Shown piece after piece: positions 1 through 8,854 of a DNA stretch of 35,884 bases (the first letter of the stretch is position 1; each line of letters opens with the position of its first letter). The stretch is from positions 1 to 35,884 of the forward strand of contig DAOUVF010000001.1 of the NCBI GenBank assembly GCA_030667765.1. Reading direction: 5' to 3'. Below the pieces are notes generated by a model. It had not been told where the DNA came from and searched no databases. It was given only the letters and a program-made list of their open reading frames with translations. The DNA is from Bacteroides sp. (GTDB lineage: Bacteria; Bacteroidota; Bacteroidia; Bacteroidales; SM23-62). A program made the translations under genes and the position numbers.

Positions 1-1293
1 CGCAAAGCTTCCTGCCGCTTTCAGGTCGGCCAGGCTCATGTATCCGATGAATTCCGTAAGGATGATTTTTTCACCCAATAGCCTGCCAACCAGGGTGATA
101 TCTTCAGTTGCCACACCAATAAGCCACATTAAAGGTGCAAATGCATAACCCAGCACAAATTCAAGGGATAGTTTTTCATATTGCCCGTTTGTAATATTAG
201 CGATGGCATCATTCAGGCTTGTCCAGTCTCCTATCTTCAGGAAAACAAAATTAATCATTTCAATAAAGGCGAGGAATACCAGTAACATGGCCGCCACATT
301 TACAGCCAGTCTCAGTCCCTCACCCGTTCCCCTGGAAATAGCATCCAGCACATTTTTGCCAATTTGTTCCCTGGGGATCTTCATCACTTTATTGATATCC
401 TCGGTCTGGGGCACCAATATCTTTGAAACGACAATGACCCCGGGAGCTGCCATGACAGATGCAGCCAGCAGGTGCTTGGCAAACATCAGGCGTTGCACAG
501 GATCAGTTCCACCCAGCACACTGATATATACGGCCAGTACACCTCCGGCCAGTGTTGCCATGCCGCCCGACATTACCAACAGCATCTCAGACCGGTTCAT
601 TTTCTCAAGATAAGCCTTGATCATGAACGGAGACTCTGTCTGTCCCAGGAAAATATTCCCTGCAACGGAAAGGCTTTCAGCACCTGAAATCCGAAGCACC
701 CTGCTGAGTGCCCGGGCCATTCCGTAAACGACGAATTGAATGATCCCGAAATAAAACAGGACACTGGTAAGTGCTGAAAAGAAGATGATGGTTGGCAAAA
801 TGGTGATGGCAAAGTTAAGTAATGGTTTTTCTATGATCCCTGACTCATTCGACTTAAACAGGAATTCAGTCCCTGCATAGGTAAAATCAAGGATCTTGAC
901 AAAAAGTTTCCCGACAAATTCGAAAAAAATCTGAACTGGCGGAATCCAGAGAATGCCAATGGCTAGGATCAGCTGTATGGCGAGTCCCATAAACACAACC
1001 CGCCAGTTGATGGCACCCCGGTTTGAACTGAAAAGCCAGGCGATCAGAATCAGAACCAACATGCCCAGGAGTCCCCTGAGAATCTTTACCAGGCTGAAGT
1101 TGAACCGTTCATCGCGGGGAACAATGACATTTGATTCATCGATCAGACCTGGTTTCTCCTGTACCAATGCTGTTCCGGCAGTATCAATGGCCAGGGCTTC
1201 AGAGGTATCCGGGATAGGATCTTCCTGCGATTGACCGAATGTAAGGTTTCCGTTGAGTATTAGCAGACAAACAAAGGATAATAAAAACTTCAT
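1..1293 (-). CDS. nupC: NupC/CNT-family concentrative nucleoside transporter (3' end runs off the window)
   Basis: My own minus-strand translation from the ATG at 1293-1291 stays open for 431 codons to the window edge. It has a signal-like N-terminus (MKFLLSFVCLLIL...). A multi-pass hydrophobic body follows, with CNT-type motifs (GNIFLGQTESPFMIKAYL, MSGGMATLAGGVLAVY). It is absent from the ORF track only because no stop lies in the window. The plus-strand ORFs 203-613, 472-687 and 953-1234 are its shadows. Confidence 0.85.
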   Translation of the reverse strand, partial: MKFLLSFVCLLILNGNLTFGQSQEDPIPDTSEALAIDTAGTALVQEKPGLIDESNVIVPRDERFNFSLVKILRGLLGMLVLILIAWLFSSNRGAINWRVVFMGLAIQLILAIGILWIPPVQIFFEFVGKLFVKILDFTYAGTEFLFKSNESGIIEKPLLNFAITILPTIIFFSALTSVLFYFGIIQFVVYGMARALSRVLRISGAESLSVAGNIFLGQTESPFMIKAYLEKMNRSEMLLVMSGGMATLAGGVLAVYISVLGGTDPVQRLMFAKHLLAASVMAAPGVIVVSKILVPQTEDINKVMKIPREQIGKNVLDAISRGTGEGLRLAVNVAAMLLVFLAFIEMINFVFLKIGDWTSLNDAIANITNGQYEKLSLEFVLGYAFAPLMWLIGVATEDITLVGRLLGEKIILTEFIGYMSLADLKAAGSFA

Positions 1294-1305
1294 TCATCAA
1301 TAATA

Positions 1306-1917
1306 TTAACTTTCAGTCCTCTTGTTGAGCTCATCCCTGATTAAAGAGGCTTTCTCGTAGTCCTCATTACCAATGGCCTCTTTCAACATTTCATTTAGTT
1401 CCTGGGTGGTAAAGTCTTCATACTCGGTCGACGAAACAGATGATGGGGTGACAGAATCAGATGCTGTTACATTCTCAGTAAGGTTGCTTGACTTTTCCTC
1501 ACTCCCGAATTCCAGCACAATCCCTGCCCTTTCCATGATCTCTTCAGTTGTATATATCGGGCATTTGAAGCGAAGTGCCAGTGCAATCGCATCGGATGTC
1601 CGGGTATCTATGGATAATTTCTTCTCCCCGTTATCACATAGTAATTTAGAATAGAATACACCCTCCTCGAGTTTATGGATATTCACTTCCAGCAGATCAA
1701 TATTGTAGGAATTGGCAAAATTCATAAAAAGATCATGTGTTAAGGGCCGCGGTGGTTTCAATCCCTCCAGCTGGATGGCGATCGACTGGGCTTCAAAACC
1801 TCCAACAATGATCGGTATTCTTCTGTCTCCACTCTCTTCAGTCAGCACCAGTGCATACGCCCCGGATTGTGTCTGACTGTAGGAAATTCCAAGAACATTC
1901 AGTTTAATCTTACTCAT
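1306..1917 (-). CDS. Bifunctional nuclease (BFN/DUF151) family protein with C-terminal UVR motif
   Basis: 203-aa ORF. The N-terminal block RRIPIIVGGFEAQSIAIQLEG...PRPLTHDL matches the BFN domain. The C-terminal EDYEKASLIRDELNKR is a UvrB/UvrC-type UVR motif. Confidence 0.8.
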   Translation of the reverse strand: MSKIKLNVLGISYSQTQSGAYALVLTEESGDRRIPIIVGGFEAQSIAIQLEGLKPPRPLTHDLFMNFANSYNIDLLEVNIHKLEEGVFYSKLLCDNGEKKLSIDTRTSDAIALALRFKCPIYTTEEIMERAGIVLEFGSEEKSSNLTENVTASDSVTPSSVSSTEYEDFTTQELNEMLKEAIGNEDYEKASLIRDELNKRTES

Positions 1918-1959
1918 AACACTATGATAGATACAGGTCCTTATGCGGTTCCATTCTCA

Positions 1960-1967
1960 CAAATATA
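1960..1967 (-). promoter_or_regulatory. Candidate Bacteroidota -7 box (TATATTTG on minus strand) for the BFN nuclease gene
   Basis: Plus-strand caaatata is a perfect TAnnTTTG on the minus strand, 43 nt upstream of the ATG at 1917. There is no good -33 TTTG. The motif is expected many times by chance in 36 kb. Confidence 0.3.
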
Positions 1968-2070
1968 ATGAAATCATTCTTTTAGTCAGAAAAATTTCAA
2001 TCTCGTTCATTATAAATAAGATCTGCCTGTCAGGGATTTTACAAATACTGTTAAAAGTCAGGATAAAATC

Positions 2071-2101
2071 TTTGCAGTTGTACTAAACTTTTATATTTTT
2101 G
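2071..2101 (+). promoter_or_regulatory. Candidate Bacteroidota sigma-A promoter for rplU-rpmA(-serS)
   Basis: TTTG (2071-2074), a 19-nt spacer, then TATTTTTG (2094-2101). This matches the -33 TTTG / -7 TAnnTTTG consensus described for Bacteroides promoters. It lies 45 nt upstream of the rplU ATG. Confidence 0.5.
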
Positions 2102-2145
2102 CACTCCCAAGTTTCGGGGATTTGATAATTGAAAAACCAAACAGG

Positions 2146-2703
2146 ATGTACGCGATTGTAAATATTGCAGGTCAGCAATACAAGGTGGAGAAAGACCAGA
2201 AGATATTTGTTCACCGGTTGGAGGAAAAGGAAGGTGAATCTGTGAGCTTTGATAAAGTTCTCCTGATTGATAATGAGAAAAACGTGGTCATAGGTGAACC
2301 GACCATCAAAGGAGCCATGATCAGCGGTAAGGTAATTTCCCATCCCAGGGGAGACAAGATCAAGGTGTTTAAAAAGAAGCGTCGTAAGGGTTATAAGGTC
2401 AGGACAGGACACAGGCAGTATCTGACCGAGATACAAATAGAAGACATCATTGAGAAGGCTGCGGTCAAGGAATCCAAACCAAAAACCGCAACAGCCAAGG
2501 AGGAAAAACCGGCCGGTACAGCCTCTGCACCAAAGACTGCAGCCAAAAAACCCGCAGCTAAAAAGCCTGCAACAGCTAAACCTGCAGCAAAAAAATCAAC
2601 TGCGGCCAAATCAACTGCGGCCAAAAAGCCTGCAGCTAAGAAACCTGCAGCTAAGAAACCTGCAGTTAAAAAACCTGATGCCGGAAAAGAAACCAAGGAA
2701 TAG
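2146..2703 (+). CDS. rplU: 50S ribosomal protein L21 with a ~85-aa Lys/Ala/Pro-rich C-terminal extension
   Basis: MYAIVNIAGQQYKVEKDQKIFVHRLE...KKKRRKGYKVRTGHRQYLTEIQIEDI is canonical L21. I prefer the ATG at 2146 over the ORF-track start at 2122. The tail is AKKPAAKKPA-type repeats. Confidence 0.92.
   Translation: MYAIVNIAGQQYKVEKDQKIFVHRLEEKEGESVSFDKVLLIDNEKNVVIGEPTIKGAMISGKVISHPRGDKIKVFKKKRRKGYKVRTGHRQYLTEIQIEDIIEKAAVKESKPKTATAKEEKPAGTASAPKTAAKKPAAKKPATAKPAAKKSTAAKSTAAKKPAAKKPAAKKPAVKKPDAGKETKE
2539..2675 (+). repeat. Coding tandem repeat, 15-nt period (5-aa AAKKP-like units) inside the rplU tail
   Basis: Exact duplicate tcaactgcggccaaa at 2596-2610 and 2611-2625. Units aaRcctgcagYtaaR lie at 2626-2670, with degenerate copies upstream. 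Confidence 0.7.
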
Positions 2704-2727
2704 TAAAAATTAAAACCATAAATAGCC

Positions 2728-2988
2728 ATGGCACATAAGAAAGGAGCTGGAAGCTCAAGAAATGGTAGGGAATCAGAAAGCAAGAGACTAGGGGTTAAAC
2801 TCTATGGTGGTCAGTTAGCAAAAGCTGGGAATATCATTGTACGCCAGCGTGGTACTGTGCACCATCCAGGTGAAAATGTAGGTATTGGCAAGGACCATAC
2901 ATTATTTGCGCTCATTAGCGGCACCGTTAATTTCAAAAAAAGAGCTAACAACAAATCTTTCGTTTCCGTCCTTCCTGTTGAAGTCTAG
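2728..2988 (+). CDS. rpmA: 50S ribosomal protein L27
   Basis: [29 protein letters not shown]...IIVRQRGT is canonical L27. It lies immediately downstream of rplU. Confidence 0.95.
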   Translation: MAHKKGAGSSRNGRESESKRLGVKLYGGQLAKAGNIIVRQRGTVHHPGENVGIGKDHTLFALISGTVNFKKRANNKSFVSVLPVEV

Positions 2989-2999
2989 CAGAGCTTACC

Positions 3000-4286
3000 A
3001 TGTTGTCGATCTCCTTTATCCGTGAGCAGCGGGACCATTTGATCGAAAGATTAAAAGTTAAAAATTTCCACCAGGCTGAAATCATTGATGCGATTATCAG
3101 CGAAGACAACGAGCGAAGGTCCCTCCAGGTGAAACAGGATGATTTCCAGGCGGAACTGAATGCCAAATCAAGAGAGATCGGAGCACTCTACAAGGAGGGT
3201 AAAAAAGCGGCAGCAGATGAGGCCAAAGAAGCCACTGCCCGCTTAAAAGAAGAGATCAAGCAACTTCAGCAGGCTCAGAATAAAACCATCTCAACCCTGC
3301 AGGAACTCCTGGTACAAGTACCCAATATCCCCCACGTATCAGTCCCACAAGGAAAAGGAGAAGCCGACAATGAAAAGGTGAGGGAAGGCGGCAAGCTGCC
3401 TGTTCTGGCAGCCGGCTCAGTTCCCCATTGGGACCTGGTCTCGCGTTATGATATCATTGATTTTGAGCTGGGTAATAAACTGACGGGCGCCGGTTTCCCT
3501 GTATACAAGGGTAAAGGGGCAAAGCTGCAAAGAGCCCTGATCAATTTTTTCCTGGATGAAAATATTGCATCCGGGTACAAAGAGGTGCTGCCTCCCCTGA
3601 TGGTGAATGAAGACTCAGGGTTTGGAACAGGACAACTTCCCGATAAGGAAGGACAGATGTACCATATTCAGGCTGACAATTATTACCTCATCCCAACCGC
3701 TGAAGTCCCGGTAACCAATATGTTCAGGGACCAGATCCTCAGGGCGAAAGACCTGCCGGTAAAATATACGGCTTATACACCCTGCTTCCGCAGGGAGGCA
3801 GGATCCTGGGGGAAAGATGTAAGGGGACTGAACCGGCTTCACCAGTTCGACAAGGTAGAGATTGTTCAGATCGTGCACCCCGGCCATTCATACCAGGCAC
3901 TCGAGGAGATGGCTACTCATATCGAAGGTCTCATTGTCAAACTGGGCATACCCTATCGCGTTATGAGATTATGCGGTGGCGATATCAGTTTTACATCTTC
4001 CCTGACCTACGATTTTGAGGTCTATGCAGCCGCACAGGGAAAATGGCTGGAAGTCAGCTCTGTTTCCAACTTTGAATCATATCAGGCAAACCGGCTGAAA
4101 CTCAGGTTCAAGGATGAGGGTGACAAGAAAACACAACTGGCACATACCCTGAACGGAAGCGCCCTTGCCCTGCCAAGGATAGTGGCCGCCATGCTTGAGA
4201 ATAACCAGACAGCGGATGGAATAAAAATCCCTGAAATACTTCAACCTTATACCGGATTCAATCTGATATCAAATCAGATGCAGTGA
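3000..4286 (+). CDS. serS: Seryl-tRNA synthetase
   Basis: 428 aa. It has an N-terminal coiled-coil arm and a class II core (YTPCFRREAGSWGKDVRGLNRLHQFDKVE, TLNGSALALPRIVAAMLENNQ). Confidence 0.93.
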   Translation: MLSISFIREQRDHLIERLKVKNFHQAEIIDAIISEDNERRSLQVKQDDFQAELNAKSREIGALYKEGKKAAADEAKEATARLKEEIKQLQQAQNKTISTLQELLVQVPNIPHVSVPQGKGEADNEKVREGGKLPVLAAGSVPHWDLVSRYDIIDFELGNKLTGAGFPVYKGKGAKLQRALINFFLDENIASGYKEVLPPLMVNEDSGFGTGQLPDKEGQMYHIQADNYYLIPTAEVPVTNMFRDQILRAKDLPVKYTAYTPCFRREAGSWGKDVRGLNRLHQFDKVEIVQIVHPGHSYQALEEMATHIEGLIVKLGIPYRVMRLCGGDISFTSSLTYDFEVYAAAQGKWLEVSSVSNFESYQANRLKLRFKDEGDKKTQLAHTLNGSALALPRIVAAMLENNQTADGIKIPEILQPYTGFNLISNQMQ

Positions 4287-5161
4287 CAGATCAAAGAAAG
4301 GCATACTTATATGCAGGCATAGCCATTTTTTTCTGGTCCACCGTAGCCTCGGCTTTCAAAGTTGGCCTGCAGCATATTAACTTCATCCAGTTTCTGTTTT
4401 TTGCTAGCTGGACCTCCCTGTTTATTCTGTTAATTATCAATCTTTTCCGGGGCAATCTGAAACAACTGAGATCCCTTAAAAAGAAGGATATTGCCTTTTC
4501 TGCATTAATGGGCGCCCTCAGTCCATTTGCCTATTACCTGGTGCTTTTCAAGGCCTACGAGATGTTACCTGCCCAGGTAGCCCAGCCCCTGAATATGGTC
4601 TGGCCTATCGTCCTGGTATTCCTCTCGGTAATCCTGCTCAAACAAAAAATCTCCTATAAAAGCTTTATAGCCCTGTTTATCAGTTTTATCGGTGTCTACT
4701 TCATTTCATCCCAGGGAGAGCCCGGCGTACTTGCCTTCAAGGAACCGCTTGGGGTTATCCTGGCTGCCGGCAGTTCCTTGATATGGTCACTTTACTGGAT
4801 CTACAATGTCAAGAAAGGTATGGATGAAACCCTGCAGTTATTGCTAAATTTCTTCTTTGCATCCGTATACATCACCATATTCATTCTGATTTTCAATGAT
4901 TTTCATAACCTGGACATGACAGGGACAGCGCTGGCTGTATATGCAGGCATATTCGAAATGGGTATCACATTTATCCTGTGGATCAAGGCTATGAAGTATA
5001 CCGCAAGCAATGATAAAATCAGTAATCTTGTTTATATCGCTCCCTTCCTCTCGCTGGTCTTTATTCATTATTTCGTTGGCGAGACGATTTATGTAACCTC
5101 TCTCATCGGTTTATCGTTAATCGTTATAGGAATATTAGTTGAAAAACTCCGTTTGATTTAA
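4283..5161 (+). CDS. DMT superfamily (EamA-like) transporter
   Basis: 292 aa with about 10 hydrophobic helices in two EamA-like halves. The GTG start overlaps the serS stop (GTGA). Confidence 0.75.
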   Translation: MTDQRKAYLYAGIAIFFWSTVASAFKVGLQHINFIQFLFFASWTSLFILLIINLFRGNLKQLRSLKKKDIAFSALMGALSPFAYYLVLFKAYEMLPAQVAQPLNMVWPIVLVFLSVILLKQKISYKSFIALFISFIGVYFISSQGEPGVLAFKEPLGVILAAGSSLIWSLYWIYNVKKGMDETLQLLLNFFFASVYITIFILIFNDFHNLDMTGTALAVYAGIFEMGITFILWIKAMKYTASNDKISNLVYIAPFLSLVFIHYFVGETIYVTSLIGLSLIVIGILVEKLRLI

Positions 5162-5168
5162 TATTAAG

Positions 5169-6227
5169 ATGAGAATAGTTAAACCATACCGTTTAATCTA
5201 TGGATTTCTGGTGGTTTGTTTTGCCTTCCTGGTAATCACCTGTGAGAGGGATATCCTGAATCCGGAACAGAACAAGCTTACCAGGACTGTCCTGTATGAT
5301 ATCATGAAAGAATGGTATCTCTGGTACGAAACCATGCCAGACGTAAATCCTGATGATTATCATTCCCTGAACGCATTGCTTGACGACTTGCGCTACAGTC
5401 CAACTGATAGATGGAGTTATGTCATGTCTACGGAAGAATATGACAGGTATTATGGCCAGGGAGAATATATCGGTCACGGGGTCGGCCTGATCGGTGATAT
5501 GGGGGGAAGCCTGTGGACCGGCTGGGTTTATATTGATTCACCAGCTGAAAATCAGGGGGTTGTGAGGGGCTGGCAAATACTGAGCATCAATGGTGAGAAC
5601 ATTACAAACGAGACCAACCTTGACAGCCTGCTCGGTGATAATGAGGTGGGTGTGGTGAATTCCTTTACTTTCAGGAAGCCTGGGGGACAGACAATAAACC
5701 TGGATATTGAAAAGCAAATTGTGGACATAAATTCTGTCCTCTACAGTGATATTATCAATCTCAATGATACCAAAGTCGGCTACCTGGTTTACCAGCACTT
5801 CCTGGTAACATCTGTGGAAGAACTTGATGCCGTTTTTAAGGAATTTCAGGATAATCAGATCGATGACATTATTGTGGATCTGCGGTATAACCCCGGGGGA
5901 CAAGTAGATGTTGCCCAACATCTGGGAAGCCTTATTGCCGGGGAATATGCCATCAAACGGGACTTCGTCATACTGGAGTACAATGATCAGAAATCTGAAC
6001 GGAACCTGACCCGGCCATTCCTGGATGTTGAATACATGATAACCCCCACGCCTGAAAGAGTATTCTTTATTACCACTACGAGGTCTGCTTCAGCCAGTGA
6101 ACTGGTAATCAATGGCTTGATGGGACTTACCGGACTTACCAGACCTTTTGAAATATTCCTGGTCGGTGATGATACCCATGGCAAACCTTTTGGATCGATA
6201 GGGCCAGGTACATCGATTCAACCCTGA
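5169..6227 (+). CDS. S41 (C-terminal processing peptidase-like) lipoprotein, N-terminal 352-aa fragment of a frameshifted gene
   Basis: Lipobox LVITC. S41 core motifs are present: VDLRYNPGGQVDVAQHLGSLI and TTTRSASASELVINGL...VGDDTHGKPFG. The frame ends prematurely at 6227, and the homology continues in another frame (next feature). Confidence 0.8.
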   Translation: MRIVKPYRLIYGFLVVCFAFLVITCERDILNPEQNKLTRTVLYDIMKEWYLWYETMPDVNPDDYHSLNALLDDLRYSPTDRWSYVMSTEEYDRYYGQGEYIGHGVGLIGDMGGSLWTGWVYIDSPAENQGVVRGWQILSINGENITNETNLDSLLGDNEVGVVNSFTFRKPGGQTINLDIEKQIVDINSVLYSDIINLNDTKVGYLVYQHFLVTSVEELDAVFKEFQDNQIDDIIVDLRYNPGGQVDVAQHLGSLIAGEYAIKRDFVILEYNDQKSERNLTRPFLDVEYMITPTPERVFFITTTRSASASELVINGLMGLTGLTRPFEIFLVGDDTHGKPFGSIGPGTSIQP

Positions 6228-6247
6228 TCCCCATCACATTCAGATAC

Positions 6248-6466
6248 ATGAACCGAAAAAATGAAGGTGATTTTTTTGATGGATTGCCAGCCAACTCCTA
6301 TATTGAGGAAGATATAACAAAGAATTTTGGAGATCCGGAAGAAACACTCCTGCAGGAAGTGCTGTATTTCATTGAGCATGGCAGTTTTACCGGCACAGGG
6401 GTGAAGAAATCCATCCCTGCAGATCTGCATCAATGGGACCGCATTCCACATTCCGGGGCAATCTAA
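6248..6466 (+). CDS. C-terminal fragment of the same S41 peptidase (different frame)
   Basis: [22 protein letters not shown]...[19 protein letters not shown] matches the conserved C-terminal end of CPP-like S41 peptidases. The frame is open upstream back to about 6180 (...[15 protein letters not shown]...). Confidence 0.65.
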   Translation: MNRKNEGDFFDGLPANSYIEEDITKNFGDPEETLLQEVLYFIEHGSFTGTGVKKSIPADLHQWDRIPHSGAI

Positions 6467-6476
6467 TGATCAAAAT

Positions 6477-7034
6477 TTGAAAGAAGAGAAAATAATACTT
6501 GGCATCGATCCCGGAACCTCAATCATGGGTTATGGAATTATCAGGGGGGTTAAACAAAAACCCGAACTCCTTACCCTCGGGGTCATCGAGCTAAACAAAT
6601 TCAAAGATCATTATGTAAGAATCAGGCGGATCTTTGACCGTACCATACAGTTGATCGATCAGTACCATCCGGATGAACTGGCCATCGAGGCTCCTTTCTA
6701 TGGAAAAAATGTTCAATCCATGTTAAAACTCGGCAGGGCGCAGGGTGCAGCCATCTCAGCCGCCCTGTCCCGGGATATGCCCATTTTTGAATACGCACCC
6801 AGGAAGATAAAGATGGCCATCACCGGACAGGGGAATGCCTCCAAGGAACAGGTCGCCGGTATTCTTAAAAGCATCTTGACCATCCCTGAATTACCCAAAA
6901 ACCTGGATGCTACGGATGGTCTTGCTGCCGCAGTGTGTCATTTTTACCAGAGGGATATCCCTGACAAGGGTGGCGGTTATAACAGCTGGAAGGATTTTCT
7001 GGCCAAAAACCCCGACCGGATGTCAGGAGGTTAA
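6477..7034 (+). CDS. ruvC: Crossover junction endodeoxyribonuclease RuvC
   Basis: [18 protein letters not shown]..., [40 protein letters not shown] start at 6477 is required because there is no in-frame ATG before the conserved DPG motif. Confidence 0.9.
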   Translation: MKEEKIILGIDPGTSIMGYGIIRGVKQKPELLTLGVIELNKFKDHYVRIRRIFDRTIQLIDQYHPDELAIEAPFYGKNVQSMLKLGRAQGAAISAALSRDMPIFEYAPRKIKMAITGQGNASKEQVAGILKSILTIPELPKNLDATDGLAAAVCHFYQRDIPDKGGGYNSWKDFLAKNPDRMSGG

Positions 7035-7427
7035 CTACATAGCTGAACGGATCCGGGTTGCAATCTTCTCAAATTCTTCGGGTGAAAGCTTCAGTTTGGG
7101 TCGTGAAAACTCGATGTCATAGAGTCCATTGATCGGGATCAGGTGAATATGGGCATGCGCGACTTCCAGTCCGAGTACAGCCACCCCAACCCGTTTACAA
7201 TCCGAGACCTTGTCAATGGCAAGAGCTACTTTCTTGGCAAAAACATTTAAGCCTGCCAGCACCTCATCGTCCAGATCAAAAAGGTAATCCGTTTCCTCCT
7301 TAGGGATGACCAGTGTATGACCTTTGGCCAGGGGATTAATATCAAGGAAGGCCAAATATTCTTCGTTCTCTGCAATTTTGTAACAGGGGATCTCTCCCTG
7401 TACAATTTTGGTAAAAATTGAGGCCAT
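7035..7427 (-). CDS. HIT-family (Hint-like) nucleotide hydrolase
   Basis: 130 aa. CYKIAENEEYLAFLDINPLAKGHTLVIPK plus the histidine triad HAHIHLIP. Confidence 0.9.
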   Translation of the reverse strand: MASIFTKIVQGEIPCYKIAENEEYLAFLDINPLAKGHTLVIPKEETDYLFDLDDEVLAGLNVFAKKVALAIDKVSDCKRVGVAVLGLEVAHAHIHLIPINGLYDIEFSRPKLKLSPEEFEKIATRIRSAM

Positions 7428-7483
7428 GGATTAAAGATTTTTGTTGGATGCTACTACCCTAAATGTAGTAAAAAATGGGAAAA

Positions 7484-7957
7484 CTAGATCGATATTGCCA
7501 GTATCTCAAAACCGATCTCTCCGGATGGGACCTTTACGCTTACAACATCCCCGACTTTTTTGCCGAGCAATCCCTGGGATATAGGCGTGCTGATGGACAT
7601 TTTTCCGGCTTTCAGATCGGCTTCGGATTCAGGAACAATATGGTATTCCATGACTGCTTTACTGCTAGTATTTTTGATCTTTACCCGGTTCAGGATCTGA
7701 ACTTTGCTGGTATCGATCTGTGATTCATCTATGATCCTGTAATTTATTAAATGATCCTGTAATTTTGAAATGCGCAGTTCGAGCATCCCCTGGGCCTCTT
7801 TCGCTGCGTGATATTCTGCGTTCTCAGACAGATCACCCTTGTCCCTGGCATCAGCAATTTGCTGTGAGATGGCCGGCCTTTCTACATTGACCAGTTGATC
7901 AATCTCCTTCTTAATCTTATTCAACCCGTCCTCGGTCATAAAGGAAATCTTCGACAT
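7484..7957 (-). CDS. greA: Transcription elongation factor GreA
   Basis: 157 aa. ARDKGDLSENAEYHAAKEAQ in the coiled-coil finger, plus a C-terminal GreA/B domain (ISTPISQGLLGKKVGD). Confidence 0.93.
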   Translation of the reverse strand: MSKISFMTEDGLNKIKKEIDQLVNVERPAISQQIADARDKGDLSENAEYHAAKEAQGMLELRISKLQDHLINYRIIDESQIDTSKVQILNRVKIKNTSSKAVMEYHIVPESEADLKAGKMSISTPISQGLLGKKVGDVVSVKVPSGEIGFEILAISI

Positions 7958-8019
7958 AGCTAATTCTCCCTATCTAATAAAAGAAAAAAGAATCCCGGTT
8001 TCAGGACTCTTTGTACGTG

Positions 8020-8051
8020 TAAAGATAAAAAAATTTCTAAAAACAGGCAAA
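8020..8051 (-). promoter_or_regulatory. Candidate promoter for greA
   Basis: The minus strand reads TTTG, a 20-nt spacer, then TATCTTTA (one mismatch to TAnnTTTG). It lies 63 nt upstream of the greA ATG. Confidence 0.3.
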
Positions 8052-8072
8052 CAGAAACAGTTCAATGCCGCC

Positions 8073-8516
8073 CTAAAAATACTTCCTTGGTAATATTTCG
8101 CTGTAAATAATGGCCCTTGTTATCTCATCTACATCTCTGAAAAGACCATCCAGGCTCTTTTTCCCTTGATCATCTTCCGTTTCGGCAGTGAAATCAGGCT
8201 TATGTGCCTTCTGTTGAGGAACCGGTGCAGCAAGATACTCTTCCTCATCATCAATGATTATCTGTTCTTCATCCTCCAGGATCTCCGGTGATTCTTCCTC
8301 AAGGGTTTCGTACCGGGACTGTCCCGTCAGGATCTGCTCAAGCCTGCTAAAAGGATCAAGAGCCGGTTGCCGGGACTGCGTGCCTGGACTGGCAGGGGAA
8401 GGGGCGGGTTTTTTCATTTGCTGGGCCTGCTTTCTGCGCCTGCTGCCCAAGCCGCTGACTGCCAGGATAATAATGCCGAGGATGATATAAAAAATGCTGT
8501 CAATATCTATTTTCAT
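8073..8516 (-). CDS. Hypothetical membrane-anchored acidic protein
   Basis: 147 aa. One N-terminal TM helix (IFYIILGIIILAVSGLG) is followed by a Pro/Gln linker and a strongly acidic segment (EILEDEEQIIIDDEEEY). Its ATG overlaps the upstream stop as ATGA. Confidence 0.55.
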   Translation of the reverse strand: MKIDIDSIFYIILGIIILAVSGLGSRRRKQAQQMKKPAPSPASPGTQSRQPALDPFSRLEQILTGQSRYETLEEESPEILEDEEQIIIDDEEEYLAAPVPQQKAHKPDFTAETEDDQGKKSLDGLFRDVDEITRAIIYSEILPRKYF

Positions 8517-8851
8517 CTGCGTCGCTTTTTTCTTTTCTTTTTCCCGTTAAACAGGCCTTTGTAAAATGGTTCCTTCTTCCCTGTATTATAGTGATCAGAT
8601 CTTTTCCTGGTCTCCTTCATGCGTGCCTGTACTTCCTTGGTTTGGATATCCTGCCTGTGCTTGAGGGCTGCCTGTCGCCTTTGATCATAATCCTTCTTCT
8701 CCTTCTGCTTCAATTGTTCCTGCCTGCGCTCAGCCTGTTTGACCTTTCTTGTCTGGGCCTGCAGGGAAGCAACCTGCAGCAGCAACAAAAACAGGAAGAG
8801 AAAAACCCTGATCAGGAACAATTTAATTATCTTTGTCCCGTTCTTATCCAC
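8513..8851 (-). CDS. Hypothetical secreted, extremely basic protein
   Basis: Signal-like LFLIRVFLFLFLLLLQVASLQAQ is followed by a K/R/Q-rich helix and a KKKRKKRRR C-terminus. There is no in-frame ATG. The start is either GTG at 8851 or, more plausibly, TTG at 8821. Confidence 0.5.
   Translation of the reverse strand: MDKNGTKIIKLFLIRVFLFLFLLLLQVASLQAQTRKVKQAERRQEQLKQKEKKDYDQRRQAALKHRQDIQTKEVQARMKETRKRSDHYNTGKKEPFYKGLFNGKKKRKKRRR
8828..8835 (+). promoter_or_regulatory. Candidate -7 box (TATCTTTG) for the 8855 lipoprotein gene
   Basis: Perfect TAnnTTTG, 20 nt upstream of the ATG at 8855. No convincing -33 element. Confidence 0.35.
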
Positions 8852-8854
8852 GCA

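Noticed and set aside
203-1234. Plus-strand ORFs 203-613, 472-687 and 953-1234 (and the minus ORF 621-812) at the left edge
   Set aside because: The minus-strand frame ending at the ATG at 1293 encodes a continuous, recognisable CNT/NupC transporter across the whole interval. The listed ORFs are low-complexity shadows with no recognisable domains.
2539-2675. Short tandem repeats considered as a possible CRISPR or other non-coding array
   Set aside because: The period is only 15 nt, there are no unique spacers, and the repeats are in frame within rplU, encoding AAKKP-like units.
2391-2783. 130-aa minus-strand ORF and the 87-aa alternative plus-frame ORF (2450-2713) over the rplU tail
   Set aside because: They are products of the 15-nt repeat, which reads open in several frames (FLAAGFLAAG and LQLRNLQLRN). 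They overlap a ribosomal protein gene and the rpmA start.
7452-7470. Hairpin tactac-cctaaat-gtagta between greA and the HIT gene, considered as an intrinsic terminator
   Set aside because: The stem is a 6-bp AT-rich one. For the minus-strand transcript the T-run precedes rather than follows the stem.
8591-8854. 5' extension of the lipoprotein ORF (the track start at 8591 gives 262 aa)
   Set aside because: The extension is Leu-rich mirror sequence of the opposite-strand basic protein gene. A textbook lipoprotein signal begins at the ATG at 8855, which has a -7 box 20 nt upstream.
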